Source of the DNA: Geosiphon pyriformis uo1
Taxonomy: Eukaryota > Fungi > Glomeromycota
Reading direction: 5' to 3'
DNA: 64,000 nucleotides
Assembly (NCBI GenBank): GCA_016748015.1
Contig: JAAOMT010000494.1
Coordinates: 798,190-862,189 of the forward strand
Part shown: piece after piece, positions 51,635-64,000 of the stretch
Layout: each line of letters opens with the position of its first letter
Position numbering within the stretch: position 1 is the stretch's first letter
Program-made: the position numbers and the translations under genes
Notes under the pieces: model-generated
What the model was told of the DNA's origin: nothing
Databases searched by the model: none
Seen by the model: only the letters and a program-made list of their open reading frames with translations

Positions 51635-54600
51635 ATACCAAATAGATATTTGCTCTAGTAGCTAATAAACTAAACTACTATTAAACATTCTTGCTTAGTA
51701 ACTAAATAGTTTTGTTTTGCTAATAAAAAAAATTTATTGACATATACTATAACATGTTTTTTGTTATTTTTATTTTTTTGTAAGAAAACAGCACCAAGTT
51801 TATAGTCAGATACATCAATGTGAAAGATAAAAAATTGATTCAAATTAGATTGCTTAAGGTTAGATTTTGTAACCAATTTTTTTTTTAGAATTTCAAATGC
51901 TTTTTGTTAATATGTATTCTAGTAATAATTGTCATTTTTCTTGAATAGCTAATTGAAAAAAAAGGCAATTTTGAAGAAATTCTTAACAAATTTACAATAA
52001 TAAAATGCAAAACCAAGAAAAAAACATAATTTATACATATTTATTGGTTGTCTAATATTCTGAACTTTTTTAATCTTGGCTGAATCAAAAAAAATTCCAT
52101 CTTTTTAATAAAATAACCAAGAAACTGAGTGAATTGATGTCCAAAGAAAGATTTAATTGGGTTAATTTTAAGATCAGCATTTTTGAAAAGATCAAAAACT
52201 TTCTGCAAGTGTTTAAGATATTTATTTTAAGTTTTTAAATATACTATTATATTATCTAAGTAAACTAGAACAAATTTTTCTTTTACTGATTCAAATATTT
52301 TGTTTATTAAGTATTGAAAGATAGAAAAAGTATTAGTAAAACCAAACAGTATAACTGTGAATTTATAGATGCCATATTTGGTAATGAAAACAGTTTTTTT
52401 TCTGCTTTTTAGATCTATTTTTATTTGCTAGAATTTAGTAGTTAAATTAATAGTTAAAAAAAAACAACATCATTGAATTGTTCTAGCATTACATTAATCT
52501 TAAGAAATAGATACATGTTTCTTTTAATAATAGCATTTAATTAGTGGTAGTTAATACAGAAACATAGAGTTTCATCTTTTTTAAATACTATTACAACTAA
52601 AAATGTTTATTTACTCTTGGTTTTTTGTATAAATTCAAGGTTTTTTATTCAATTTATTTTTTTCTTGATGAATTTATTTTTGTAACAATTAGATTAATAA
52701 GACTTTAATAGATAAAATGAATTTTTTTGGTGATAATAGTATGTTGTATTATATAAATATGTTCAAAAATATTATTTTTTTGAGATAATTGGGTTGTTTT
52801 TAGCTAACAAATTTTCAATATCTATTTTTTTTCTTCTAAGGAAAGTTTTTTTTGTTTTATAGCTAATAATTAGATCTTAGATAATTTATTTTCAAAAAAC
52901 TTTTGCACTTTTTTTGTTTTTTTTCTTGGTATTAAGCTGATTAATTTTTAATTTTTGTAATAAATCAAGTAGAATTTGTATTTATTACTAAAAGAATACA
53001 ATAGTTTATTGTATTAATATTAGATACAAAGACTATATTATTAATAACTATATTTGGTTTTCTTGTCAGGCTTTTTATCAAAGCTTTTTTTAAGAATATC
53101 ATAGTAGGACTAGCAAATTAGTTTGTTATTTACAATAATTTTTTTTTGTCAACTTTAATGTTATCTAGTGATTTGCCATTATTAATAAAGCTGGTGTAGA
53201 CAAGTTCAGCAGTTTTTTCTTGTTTTTTTTTCGTTTTTTTATCATTACTTTCTTTGTCATCTAATTTATCTAATTGTTTTTCTTCTAGATTTTGCTTGGA
53301 TATTAGGAGAGTTGTCTAATAGTTAATTATAATAAGCTTCTTATTATATTTAATAGTTAATTTATATAGCTTATAGTTAAGCAAAGCTTTGGTTTTCTTA
53401 AGCCACTCATTTTCAACAATAATAATGTATTCTTTAACTTTAGAAACTTCTATATCAGTTTTAATGCTAATACTATTAATATGAACAAAAACAGCGTTAA
53501 ATATGTTCAAATTTTTCTTCTTATTACTATGGACATTGGTTATTGATCAAGTAAAAAGTTTATCAATCTTTTTGCCAATTGCTTTAAAAAAATGTTTGGC
53601 AATAACACTAATAAATAATTTATTATCTAAGATTAAGTCAATAAAATAACTAGCCACTTGGACTTTACAAATTAAAGAAATAATATTACTGTTATTAGTA
53701 AATTTAGTTTGTTAAGAGCACTTATTAGTTTTTGGTGTTTTTTTTGTTAAAATCAAGGATTTGCAGAGATTTTTTCTGAACTGTGAATGGATTATTGGTT
53801 GGCCAAAAGTAATATGTGCTAAGATTTTTATAAGATTTTTGACAACAGAATAGAATCCAGATTTTTGTATAATTTCTGAAAATTTTAACTTTGGAAAATT
53901 CTTAAAAACTTTAGCTTTTGATAGCTTATTGTTGTCAGCAATTGATGTAGAAGCTTTATTAAAGTCTAAGACAAAATTAACTTTAGCTTTTTTTTCTTTT
54001 TTGTTAAGTTAGAGAAATTAATGACTAATTTATCTATGTTATGGTCATTATTAGTTAGATTAAAAACATAAAAGAAGTTTTTTTCTGGTTGGCTTGGACT
54101 TTTACTCTTTGAAGATATGTTTACTAGTTTAAAAACTAATAAATAATGGCTTTAACTAAAAGATCTTTTTCAAAGAAATTAATATTAACATGATTAAGTT
54201 TTTAATTGGGAGTATTATTGTTGATAATTTTGTTATTCTAGTTATCATTGTTTCTAAAAACTGAAAAAGGCAAAGAAAAATTATTGCAATCTCTAAAGAA
54301 ATATTTAATTAATTTATAATAATAGCACACAGGTAGGTCATAATTTTGTTGTCTTTAATAAGAAGATTGCTGAAGCTGATTAAATGAGATTCAAATTTAA
54401 GTCTTTGGAGTTGTTAATTTCTCTAATGGCTTGGACTAATAGTTTTAATTACTAGACAAGATTGACTGTAAGTCTATTTATTAATTGTTTATTGAAGTCT
54501 TGAGTTTGGACAACAAAAGAAATAATAATCATTTAAAAAACAGCAAAAACTAAAAAAGTGGATCTTAATTGCATCTTTTGGTTATTTTTAATTTTTTGAG

Positions 54601-55150
54601 CAAGATTAATGATCATATTTATAATAATGTGCATTTTGGCTTTTGCCAGTTTGATTTCTTTTTTTCTGGCATAGATAATTTGGTTTCAGTTTATATAGCT
54701 GTATAATATTGTTCTGATCAGTCTGAGTGGCTGGTTATGTGTAGAAAGTACATGATTTACACTTAGTATAGATTATTTTTTTGATGTATGGAACTAGGCA
54801 GTGTTTGGATCTCACTCATTAAGCAATATAAAAAAAAAATTTATAGTAAGATTATCTTTTAAAGCCAAAAAAAGCCAAAAAGCATATAATAGATTAGTTT
54901 TTAATCTTTTTGTAAAAAAGTAAATCTTTTGCTCTTTTGTTCAGTTTCTTTTAGAATCTATCTATTTGATGAACTTTTTGATTGCTTTGATATATTTAGT
55001 TACAACTTTATTAGGCTTTTAAGTTTTTTTTTTAATTTCATATATTATTTGAAAATTAAGATAGAAATCCCAAATTTATTTTTAAATTGAATAGTAAAAC
55101 AAATGTTTTTTTTTCTAATATTTGTTGGTGTTTATTTAATGATTTTTTGA
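51635..55150 (-). mobile_element. Gypsy element I (family C-like), heavily decayed gag-PR-RT-RH fragment; oldest layer
   Basis: Colinear with G 45520-48830 but much more AT-shifted. No LTR recognised. Confidence 0.82.
54628..54838 (+). mobile_element. 5'-truncated poly(A)-tailed (LINE-like) insertion in the gag of element I
   Basis: Absent from homologous G sequence (~48520). Ends in an A-run and is flanked by ATTTATAATAA (54617-54627) / ATTTATAGTAA (54839-54849). Begins in an open frame VHFGFCQFDFFFSGIDNLVSVYIAV*. Confidence 0.75.
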
Positions 55151-55499
55151 AAAACAAGTATAGAAGTTATAGAAAAAAAACCAGTTTATTAACTAGTTTA
55201 TTATTAAAAACTTTTAAGCTTTTAAATAAAGTAAAAGTGATACTGTAATTAACTTAAGTGTGTCTTTTTAAGAGAACTTTGACTGGTAAAAAACCAGTTA
55301 AAAATAAAGAAAATGCTTCAGTAGTTATCAAAAGCAGCTTTTTATAATTACTAAGTAAAAAAAGACTTCTAAAACGTTCTGTTTAACTGTTTTTACAATA
55401 GAGAAAACTTTTCTGATTGAAACTTTGTAAGATACCAAAGAAAAAGTACTAGTTATAGTTTTTTTACTCTTTGCTTTGATTATGGTTATAAAATTAAGA

Positions 55500-56330
55500 A
55501 AACAAAGAATTTATGTTATTTTATTACTAATTATTATATATATAATTAATTTTAAATAATAATTATTAATTTAATTATTAATTTTTTAGCAATTATATAA
55601 GTAAAAATTAAATTTAATAAAATAAATAATTATTTATTAAATTTTATTTTTTATTTTTATATACTTTATTAATTTATATTGTTAAATTAGTCTAAAAGCT
55701 ATTTATTTGTTTTTATAATTTATTAAATAAAAAAATAATTAAAAAACACAATAATATTTGTTATTAATTTTAAAAATTGCTAAAGTAAAACATAAAATAA
55801 TAGCAATAATATTATTTTATTTTAAGATTTTTTTAAAAAGATTAAATAATTGTAATTATAAAACTAATTATATTAATTTAATTTATAATTATTTTCTAAT
55901 ATTTTCAATAATTATTTAATAATATTATTAATTATTTTTTAAATACATATTTTTTTAAATAATTAGTCTTTAAAGTGTGTATTTAGAAAAAATTAACTAT
56001 AATTCAAATATTTTAAATATTTTTATATTATTTATAATAAAAAATTATTTATTAATATTAATATATTTTTTTTTATTTGTATTATTAAAATTGGTTTAAA
56101 AAGTAAAAGACTTGTTTTAATAATTTATTTAATATTTGTTATTAATTTTAAAATTACCAAGTAAAACATAAAATAATAGCAACAAATTATTTTTTTGTTT
56201 TTATAAAACTGATTACATAAATTAAATATCTTACCCATTCAATTTGCTTTTTTATTTATTATTTTTAATAGCTTTTTTTTTGTTATTAATCAACATATTA
56301 CTCTATAAAAATTACCAAAAATAATAAAAA
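55500..56330. other. Extremely AT-rich spacer between the TE nest and the genes, with a ~55-bp direct repeat (55752-55807 / 56130-56183)
   Basis: Composition and the repeat TAATATTTGTTATTAATTTTAAAA...GTAAAACATAAAATAATAGCAA are directly visible. Confidence 0.75.
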
Positions 56331-56632
56331 TAGGCCATTTCTACAAAACTAAGGAATTTCCGACACAATAACACTTTCAACAATAATGCCTCCAAAAAAT
56401 ATTATAACCACAGATGTTACATGTAAAAATCAGAAGATGTAATCCAAATATATATTTTATTTAAGAACTTTGGAACAATAACCACTTGCTAGAATTCACG
56501 TCCGCGAATTAGAAATCTCGTTTATTAAAGTCAATTATTACAATCAAGCACCGTAGGCCTCCTTAATTGAATTTCGATATTACGAATATTGTAAAACAAT
56601 TTCAAAGTCCAATCTTGTCAGTATTTACCATT

Positions 56633-59600
56633 TCAAGAACGGATTCTTTTCAAGATATATATATAAGATTCTCTATGAGGGAGGTGAGAAGCATTTACAA
56701 CCTTATTATCATTGAAAAGAACCCACTTCCCTTCTTTCCGTATATGAGCCACGTAATGGCCGCAATGAACTGAAGTTCCTTTGTGCGATATGACACTTAT
56801 AATTTCATAATTGGCGGGAAGAGAACCATCTAAGGAACATAGAATCCATATATTTAAAAAATTATCGATTTAAGCGTTCCAAGGAACCTTTAAGTTGTCT
56901 TTACCTCCAAATTTAGGGGGATGATCTGCCAAATTATTGTTGGGATTTTCTTCAATCAGATCTTCTGAGTGGTTAAAGAGCCAATCCACCGCGCGTTCCG
57001 CATCATTATTCTGTCATGAAATGGTGATTAGAATAGGGACATAAGAGAGAAATTCATATAAATTTAGAAAAGTTAAACAAACTGTTTTTTCAAGAGCCTT
57101 TTTAACGTGTCCTCTTGAAAATCCCATTTCTGTTAGCACTGCTATATCGGCTTCAGAGGCATCAGGTACACCCGTAGTTGTAGCTGTAAGTGGGGCATCA
57201 ATATCTTGAACATGAAATGCAGACTGTTAAAACTTCATTAAAAATAGGAAATTATCAACATAGTAGAATAAAATATTACCAGGATCTTCAATATGTTCAA
57301 TTAACCAATTCATAGCAATTTCAACTCCATTATTACCCGTGGCGATCAAGGCCTTTTTACATCGAATTTCCGGAAAACCCATATTAATTAATTGGTTAAG
57401 AATAATTTCATTAATATTAGGCTGGCTAATTTCGGTGGGTTTTTCTTCTGGGAGCAATTCTTCTCGATCTTGCTTTCCATGACCCAAATATTGGTCAAAA
57501 TTGATGGTTCCTTCGGGAATCAGCACTGGTGCATCTAAAAGGTAAAACTTTTTGGTTAATGTTCAAAAGATTTTGTTTTAAAGACATTAACATATATGTC
57601 TTACTTATTTTTCTTGGGACCCAATTTTCATGTTCGAATCTGCGCATGTGAATTACCAATACTTGGGGAAATGTAACAAACCTTGTGTTCCTTTAGTATT
57701 TCATAAATTTATTAATATTTGTTTTTAAAGGAAAAATAAAGCCATGTTAAATATTTCAGTACGTGAGAGCAGGTGTTCGCCGATTACAAAAAGGACATTT
57801 ATATTCAATCATGGAATCAGCTCCAAAAGATTCCAAGCATTGCTCAAAGGTCAAGGTTTCGTATTGATCTTGATTGCCTTCTTTTTTTTCCTGATTTTGT
57901 GCCTTCCGGGCGGGAACAGGAATCGAGATACACGATTCCACATTCTGAGAATAACGCACCCTTTTACATTCCATACACTGTAATCTCTGTTGTGTCGAAA
58001 ACTTAAAAATCCAAGTTGGATCATTCCTTGGATCAAAATGTTCCTTGCGTTCAATTGTTGAAATTAGGTGTTGGAAAAATTCGAATGCATCCTTTTTAAA
58101 AAAACAACTCGGATAAATATTTTGCAAACGATTTGAATTTTGAAAATTATAAGACAGGGATAATTGGCTAAACACAAAACCTGCTGCCTCATAGTAGAAA
58201 ATTCTTCGTGTCCCTTCCCAATCAAAGCTTTAAACATGGAAGGAGCAATACCCTCTTGACCGTTGTATTCTACGTGCTGCGTTTCAAGACTCTCTATAGG
58301 TGAAGAATATCGCCCACTCAATAGACCGTCAGCCATTTTAGATAGTTGACAATCAAGACAATTTCCTGCATCTTCTCGACAATTTGCGTGATGTTCCAGA
58401 GCATTGGGATAATATCTGTTGAAAAGTTAATATTTCCCTTCTTGAATTAATCCCTTGAGCCAATTCGAATTCTGAGGGGAGCTTTTGATACCTCTGTTGA
58501 AAAGCATCCAAAGAAAATAACGATTGAAGAACAGACGCCATATAGCAACTTTTTAGGAAAAAAAGTGTGTTAGTTTCTAATAGTTTTTCTCGCGATCGCT
58601 GATGTCGACTTGCCTATTTCCAATGTTTTTTAATCCAGTATAGCCAGGCCCATACAAAGGCTCAAACTTTTTACCATCCTCACTAACCATGCTAAAGTCA
58701 AACTTGAGGTTTTGTTCAAGTTGCTAATGATATTGAAAGGTAATTAATAAGGGCACTAGGGTTTTTCATCCTTATAATAAAGAAGCAAATATGCACCAAT
58801 TCAATCATGCTCTTTTCGGTTTTTTGTTGAGATTCCACCATGATCCCAAAGTTTGCTAAATGCTGACCCAAATGCGGGTCTAGTCGCTCCTCGTTACACG
58901 AGTAACAATATATATCTAACAAAATGCAATTGAAGTAAGGCATCTCAAAGTGAAAATACGAAAGTAATCAAAAACAAATATTAACCTGCAGTTCCTTCGG
59001 GGGTTATGGTACCAAGCTTGCAAGAAACAGAATGCTTTGTTTTCTCAAAATGGTCTAAACCATGACCATTACCCCCTATTCCCCCATATTGCTGACGTCC
59101 ACAACCGAGATTGCCACAGACTAAGCACAGCCATAAATTTTCTTTCAAGTCGCAATCATTACAGTGTGCCAAAACTATTCAATGTAATAACTTTTAAGAG
59201 ATGATAGCATAAAACAGTTTTATTATTAAACCATGGGACTACCTTGTGTTTCTAATTGGTTTGAAGGTTGTTGTTCCAAATTCCTAGTGTGGTCGCAAGC
59301 AAAAATTTCATCTTCCCATGCCTGGATTTCTGATTTTTTTGCTGCGGACAAAGAAGTCATCACAGAATCAATTACAACAGGGAGCTGAAAGGAGTTTTGT
59401 GGTTAGATTGCTTATGAAGGCAATTTTAAAAAATGATAGCTCGAGAAAAAACTTACATCACCCGCAGTCCTGTCAATCTCCGCACCTCCACAAGCGTAAC
59501 ATTTGATTTGCGTAATATATTCATATTTATCTTCGTTAGATTCTGGAATTATGGCTAATTTACTTATTTTCTGCGGCGGTTCATTATTGTCATCCAACTG

Positions 59601-59995
59601 TGATGAAAAAATGGATTATAATATATGAGATATTATATCAAGCTCCTTAACCAAAACTAAAATTAAGCAATATATTTGCCCTTTTGGGTTTATATTTGAC
59701 CAAACGTTTTATATTAAGAACCAGAGGGTGTCCGGTCTTCAAATTGTGAAGTTGTGCGTGGCGACGTTGTGAATCGGGACAGCCAGCGTTAAAGCAAGAT
59801 AGACAAACATCAACTCCGGAGGGTAAATCCTATTATTAATTCAAGGTATTCTTTTAACTTTAAGCACAACTAATTTCAGGGTGTCGTGATCCAAACCTGT
59901 GAGTCAAAACACTGAGTGCACTCTTCTTTATATATTTTGGTATGCGGAGAAGGTAAATTTAAACTAGTAGTAAAAACATGGGGGCAGGACGCCAT
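56633..59995 (-). CDS. UBP14: Ubiquitin carboxyl-terminal hydrolase 14 (USP5/USP13 orthologue), multi-exon
   Basis: Start [17 protein letters not shown], ZnF-UBP ([22 protein letters not shown]), Cys box [16 protein letters not shown], two UBA domains ([12 protein letters not shown]; [12 protein letters not shown]), His box [16 protein letters not shown], stop TGA at 56633-56635, short introns. Confidence 0.95.
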
Positions 59996-60194
59996 TAAAA
60001 CGATTTTACTTTAAAGCTTTTCGTAAAATTGATGTGAAAGGTGGTGAATTTATAAACAAACTTAAAATTTTTCTTGCAGGCGGTATAATTTAGCTGCTTA
60101 CGTAGTTGATCAGTATTAGTCATTGGGCTTTGTATTTAGCCCAGAGCCCAGCAATCGACATACACTTGTTCCTTGACACTGTACTTTTTCAGTA
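59996..60194. promoter_or_regulatory. 199-bp head-to-head intergenic region, putative bidirectional promoter
   Basis: Lies between the UBP14 ATG (59995, minus) and the UPF1 ATG (60195, plus). Confidence 0.7.
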
Positions 60195-63100
60195 ATGGAT
60201 CGATTCAACGAAATCAATACTCAAGAAGAGGAAAATTTTTCATTCCTTGAGTTTCCTGGTGGAGATACACAAGCCTCTCAATATGATTATAACGAGTTTT
60301 CTATCGAGTCTGCTTTGAACTCTCAGCAGGCCAGTAATGGCTTGTCAAAAGCAGAGCAAAATCATTTTGTAGAGCCTGATCTTTCAGGAGTTGGTTTTGA
60401 AGAGCTTGACGCTTTCTCCGAACTTGCGATTGTGGATGTTGATAAAGAATTGCATGAACACGCTTGCAGGTACATTGATTTTTCACTTATATATGGAAGG
60501 AGCATCTCTCATTCTCTTGCTACAAAAAATTCCAATAGATACTGCGGAATACATGCGGTATCTACTGTCGCTCGATGCGTTACATGTAATAAATGGTTTT
60601 GCAACTCTCGTGGCAATACTTCCGGTTCACATATAATCAATCATCTTGTCCGTGCCAAGCACAAGGAAGTTGCTCTGCATCCTAAATCTACCTTAGGGGA
60701 TACCACACTAGAATGCTACAACTGTGGCTGTAGGAATGTTTTTCTTTTAGGTTTCATTCCAGCAAAAAGTGATACCGTTGTGGTTCTTCTTTGTCGGTAA
60801 GTAATGTATCCTTGCTGATAGAATCAAATCAAGTCGAATTAACTTACCTAATTTATCCTGTATTAGGCAACCATGTGCTGCGATGCCTAGTAGCAAGGAT
60901 ATGAATTGGGATACCTCCCAATGGAGTCCATTAATTAGTGATCGGTGTTTTATTACATGGCTTGTTAAAATTCCTAGTGAGCAAGAACAACTACGCGCTC
61001 GTCAAATAACTGCCCATCAGATTAATAAATTGGAAGAACTATGGAAAGATAATGGAGAGGCTAAATTGGAAGATCTCGACAAACCTGGCATTGATGATGA
61101 ACCGCAAGCTGTCTTATTAAGGTGGGAGTGGAAATATATATTTTTGATGCTACATCTTCATTTCAACTAATTATTGATCTTAGATATGAAGATGCCTACC
61201 AATATCAGAATATATTTGGACCTCTGGTTAAAATGGAGGCTGATTATGATAAGAAATTGAAAGAATCCCAAACTCAGGATGACATAGTGGTTCGGTGGGA
61301 TATTGGTTTAAATCAGAAACGAGTTGCATGGTTTTATCTACCTAAATTGGAATCTGGAGGTAAATATTATTAAACTTAAAAAATGAAAAATGTCACTTTA
61401 TGCGGGTATATTCTCTGATACTTAAATGACTTTTATTAAGAGGTACGATTGGCTGTGGGGGACGAATTAAGACTCCGTTACCGAGGAGAATTGCATCAAG
61501 CTTGGGAATGTGTTGGTCATGTCATAAAAATACCAAATAGTACGTATCAATCTCGATGCCTTTGATACCCCCAATTCATATTCAATTTATACTTATTATT
61601 TTTAGATGTCAGTGATGAAGTCGGGCTTGAATTACGTCGAAATGATAACACACCTATCGAGTGTACGCATAATTTTTCCGTAGATTTTGTATGGAAGTCT
61701 ACTAGCTTTGATAGAATGCAATTGGCTATGAAAACATTCGCTGTTGACGAGAATTCTGTCAGTGGTTACATATATCATAAACTTTTGGGGCACGAGGTAG
61801 AACCCCAAGTTTTGAGAACGCAGATGCCCAAAAGGTTCTTATTTCCCAAGTTTCTTTTTTTTACTACTAGTATACCCATATATGTGAGTTATTTCAAATC
61901 AAATTTAACTTTCTCACATTTCACTAAGGTTTTCTGCCCCCAATCTTCCTGAATTGAATCACTCTCAAGTTTATGCGGTTAAGAGTGTTTTACAGAAACC
62001 CCTTAGCCTCATACAGGGACCTCCCGGTACAGGAAAAACTGTGACATCAGCTACAATAGTATATCACCTTGCTAAGATGAATCCAGGTCAAGTTTTAGTA
62101 TGTGCGCCATCCAACGTTGCAGTCGATCAATTGACAGAAAAAATTCATGCCACTGGGTTGAAAGTAGTTCGTTTGACTGCTAAATCTCGCGAGGCCCTTG
62201 ATTCTCCGGTTTCCTTTCTTACATTACACGAGCAAGTGCAGAATAATGATACAAATGTCGAGTTACAAAAATTGATCCAGCTTAAAACTGAACAAGGAGA
62301 ATTAAGTAGCGCTGACGAAAAGAAATATAAAATGTTAAAACGTGCATGTGAACGAGAAATATTACAGGTAATCAAAATAACTTTCTTAATAACTTGCAAC
62401 TCGTTTATATCGCACTTCATTAAAAAGCTTCATCTATCAGAATGCAGATGTTATTTTATGTACTTGCGTTGGCGCTGGTGATCCCCGTTTGTCGAAATTC
62501 AAGTTTAGGACTGTTTTAATTGATGAGGCTACTCAGGCAACTGAACCCGAATGTATGATACCTCTTGTACTTGGCTGCAAACAGGCTGTATTGGTTGGAG
62601 ATCATCAACAATTAGGCCCTGTAATAATGAACAAAAAAGCAGCTCGCGCAGGCTTATGTCAATCTCTTTTTGAACGACTTGTAATCTTGGGAATCAGGCC
62701 AATACGTCTACAAGTTCAATATCGTATGCATCCTTGCTTGTCCGAATTTCCGAGCAATATGTTTTATGAGGGGTCTCTGCAAAACGGAGTCACCACCCAA
62801 GAACGTCTTAGGAAAAATGTGGACTTCCCTTGGCCTGCGCCTGAGACACCCATGTTTTTCCATTCAAATTTGGGCCAGGAAGAAATTTCGAGCAGTGGAA
62901 CATCATATTTGAACCGGTAAGAATTCCTAATCATTATAAACCAAATTATCTTTTGTTTGTGCTGTGTTTAATTAGACAATGAATTAATTTTTAGCGCCGA
63001 GGCCACCAATTGTGAAAAGCTTGTTACGAAATTTCTCAGGTCAGGAGTACTTCCTATTCAAATAGGAATCATTACTCCATATGAGGGTCAGCGAAGCTAT

Positions 63101-64000
63101 ATAGTAAGCTTCATGCAATACCATGGCTCTTTACGAAAGGATTTATATAAAGAAATCGAGGTTGCTAGTGTGGATGCCTTTCAAGGTCGTGAAAAAGACT
63201 ATATTATACTAAGCTGTGTTCGCAGCAATGACCATCAAGGAATTGGATTTTTGAATGACCCTCGCCGATTAAACGTAGCCTTGACTCGAGCTCGGTATGG
63301 AGTTGTTATTTTAGGAAATCCAAAGGTTTTAAGTAAAGTAAGTAAATCGGTTTCAATCCATTACTTAATTATCATATTCTTTATAAAGCTTTAAAATTTT
63401 GTAATTTTCAGCATCCACTTTGGCACCATCTCCTTGATCATTATAAAGTTAAGGACTGCCTAGTGGAGGGCCCTTTAAATAATTTAAAGGTTAGCATGAT
63501 CCAATTCAGTCGACCCCGCCGTGCCTATCGTAAAGATGCCAAATTCAGACAAGGATTGGCCCATCAAGTCGATGCTCGAGAAGCCTTTGCTAAACCACCG
63601 TTGGCCAGTGAAAGTATGTGTCTCTGGGTTAAATTAATGATCAAATTTTTATATTCATAAATCTTTAATTTAGATCGTCGAGGTGTGCGTGCCTATGATG
63701 CTGACTTTATGAGGACACATGATCCTGTTGGTTATATTCACTCCGATATGTCATCAATTCCCTCATCATCCCAATTCAGCATACCGTTACTACCAACACC
63801 TAATGGCCCTTTTACTCAAGATTTGTCTCAGAGTAGTGTTACCAGTCGCAAAAATGCCAAGCAACAACAAAATTCGTCTTTTGGCACATATCCCAATTCA
63901 ATTTCTTCGCAAGGACCGCTTACTCAGAATTATAGCAGTCAAGGATCGATGAGTATTGCTTTATCACAATCCGATCGTATTCGTATGATGGCTAATTCTA
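60195..64000 (+). CDS. UPF1: Regulator of nonsense transcripts 1 / NMD RNA helicase, multi-exon, 3' end beyond window
   Basis: CH zinc domain ([56 protein letters not shown]), Walker [34 protein letters not shown], at least 10 GT-AG introns, S/Q-rich tail. Confidence 0.97.

Noticed and set aside
56567-56773. Short plus-strand ORFs overlapping UBP14 (also 57744-58006, 59318-59506) and minus-strand ORFs within UPF1
   Set aside because: Antisense to conserved exons with no recognisable motifs.
59598-59700. Possible second GC-AG intron in UBP14 (AGG|GCAAAT)
   Set aside because: An in-phase GT donor (TTG|GTCAAA) lies 21 nt upstream, so the junction cannot be decided without transcripts.

Overview
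Eukaryotic, intron-containing, AT-rich DNA. It is most consistent with an early-diverging fungus (Glomeromycota/Mucoromycota-like; this is an inference). Bases 1 to ~55,150 are one nested stack of decayed Ty3/Gypsy LTR retrotransposons from four families (called A, B, C and D here). LTR termini (TG..CA), PBS/PPT and 4-bp target-site duplications (TSDs) resolve nine LTR-element insertions, including one solo LTR, nested up to six deep, plus a 5'-truncated poly(A)-tailed insertion. The elements lack a chromodomain. Families A and D carry a cysteine-rich domain and a dUTPase between protease and RT. All four families carry a homologous, soluble, non-env third ORF (ORF3) between integrase and the 3' LTR; in families B, C and D it is preceded by a TATA box at near-constant distance. 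The most promising undescribed system is this 'complex retrotransposon' module: ORF3, its internal promoter and family-specific tandem arrays in U3. Two further signals may explain the nesting: a conserved P-x-[IV]-x-I motif at the integrase C-terminus and apparently CpG-centred target sites. After a very AT-rich buffer (~55.5-56.3 kb) lie two head-to-head housekeeping genes 199 bp apart: UBP14/USP5 (minus strand) and UPF1/NAM7 (plus strand, running off the window).
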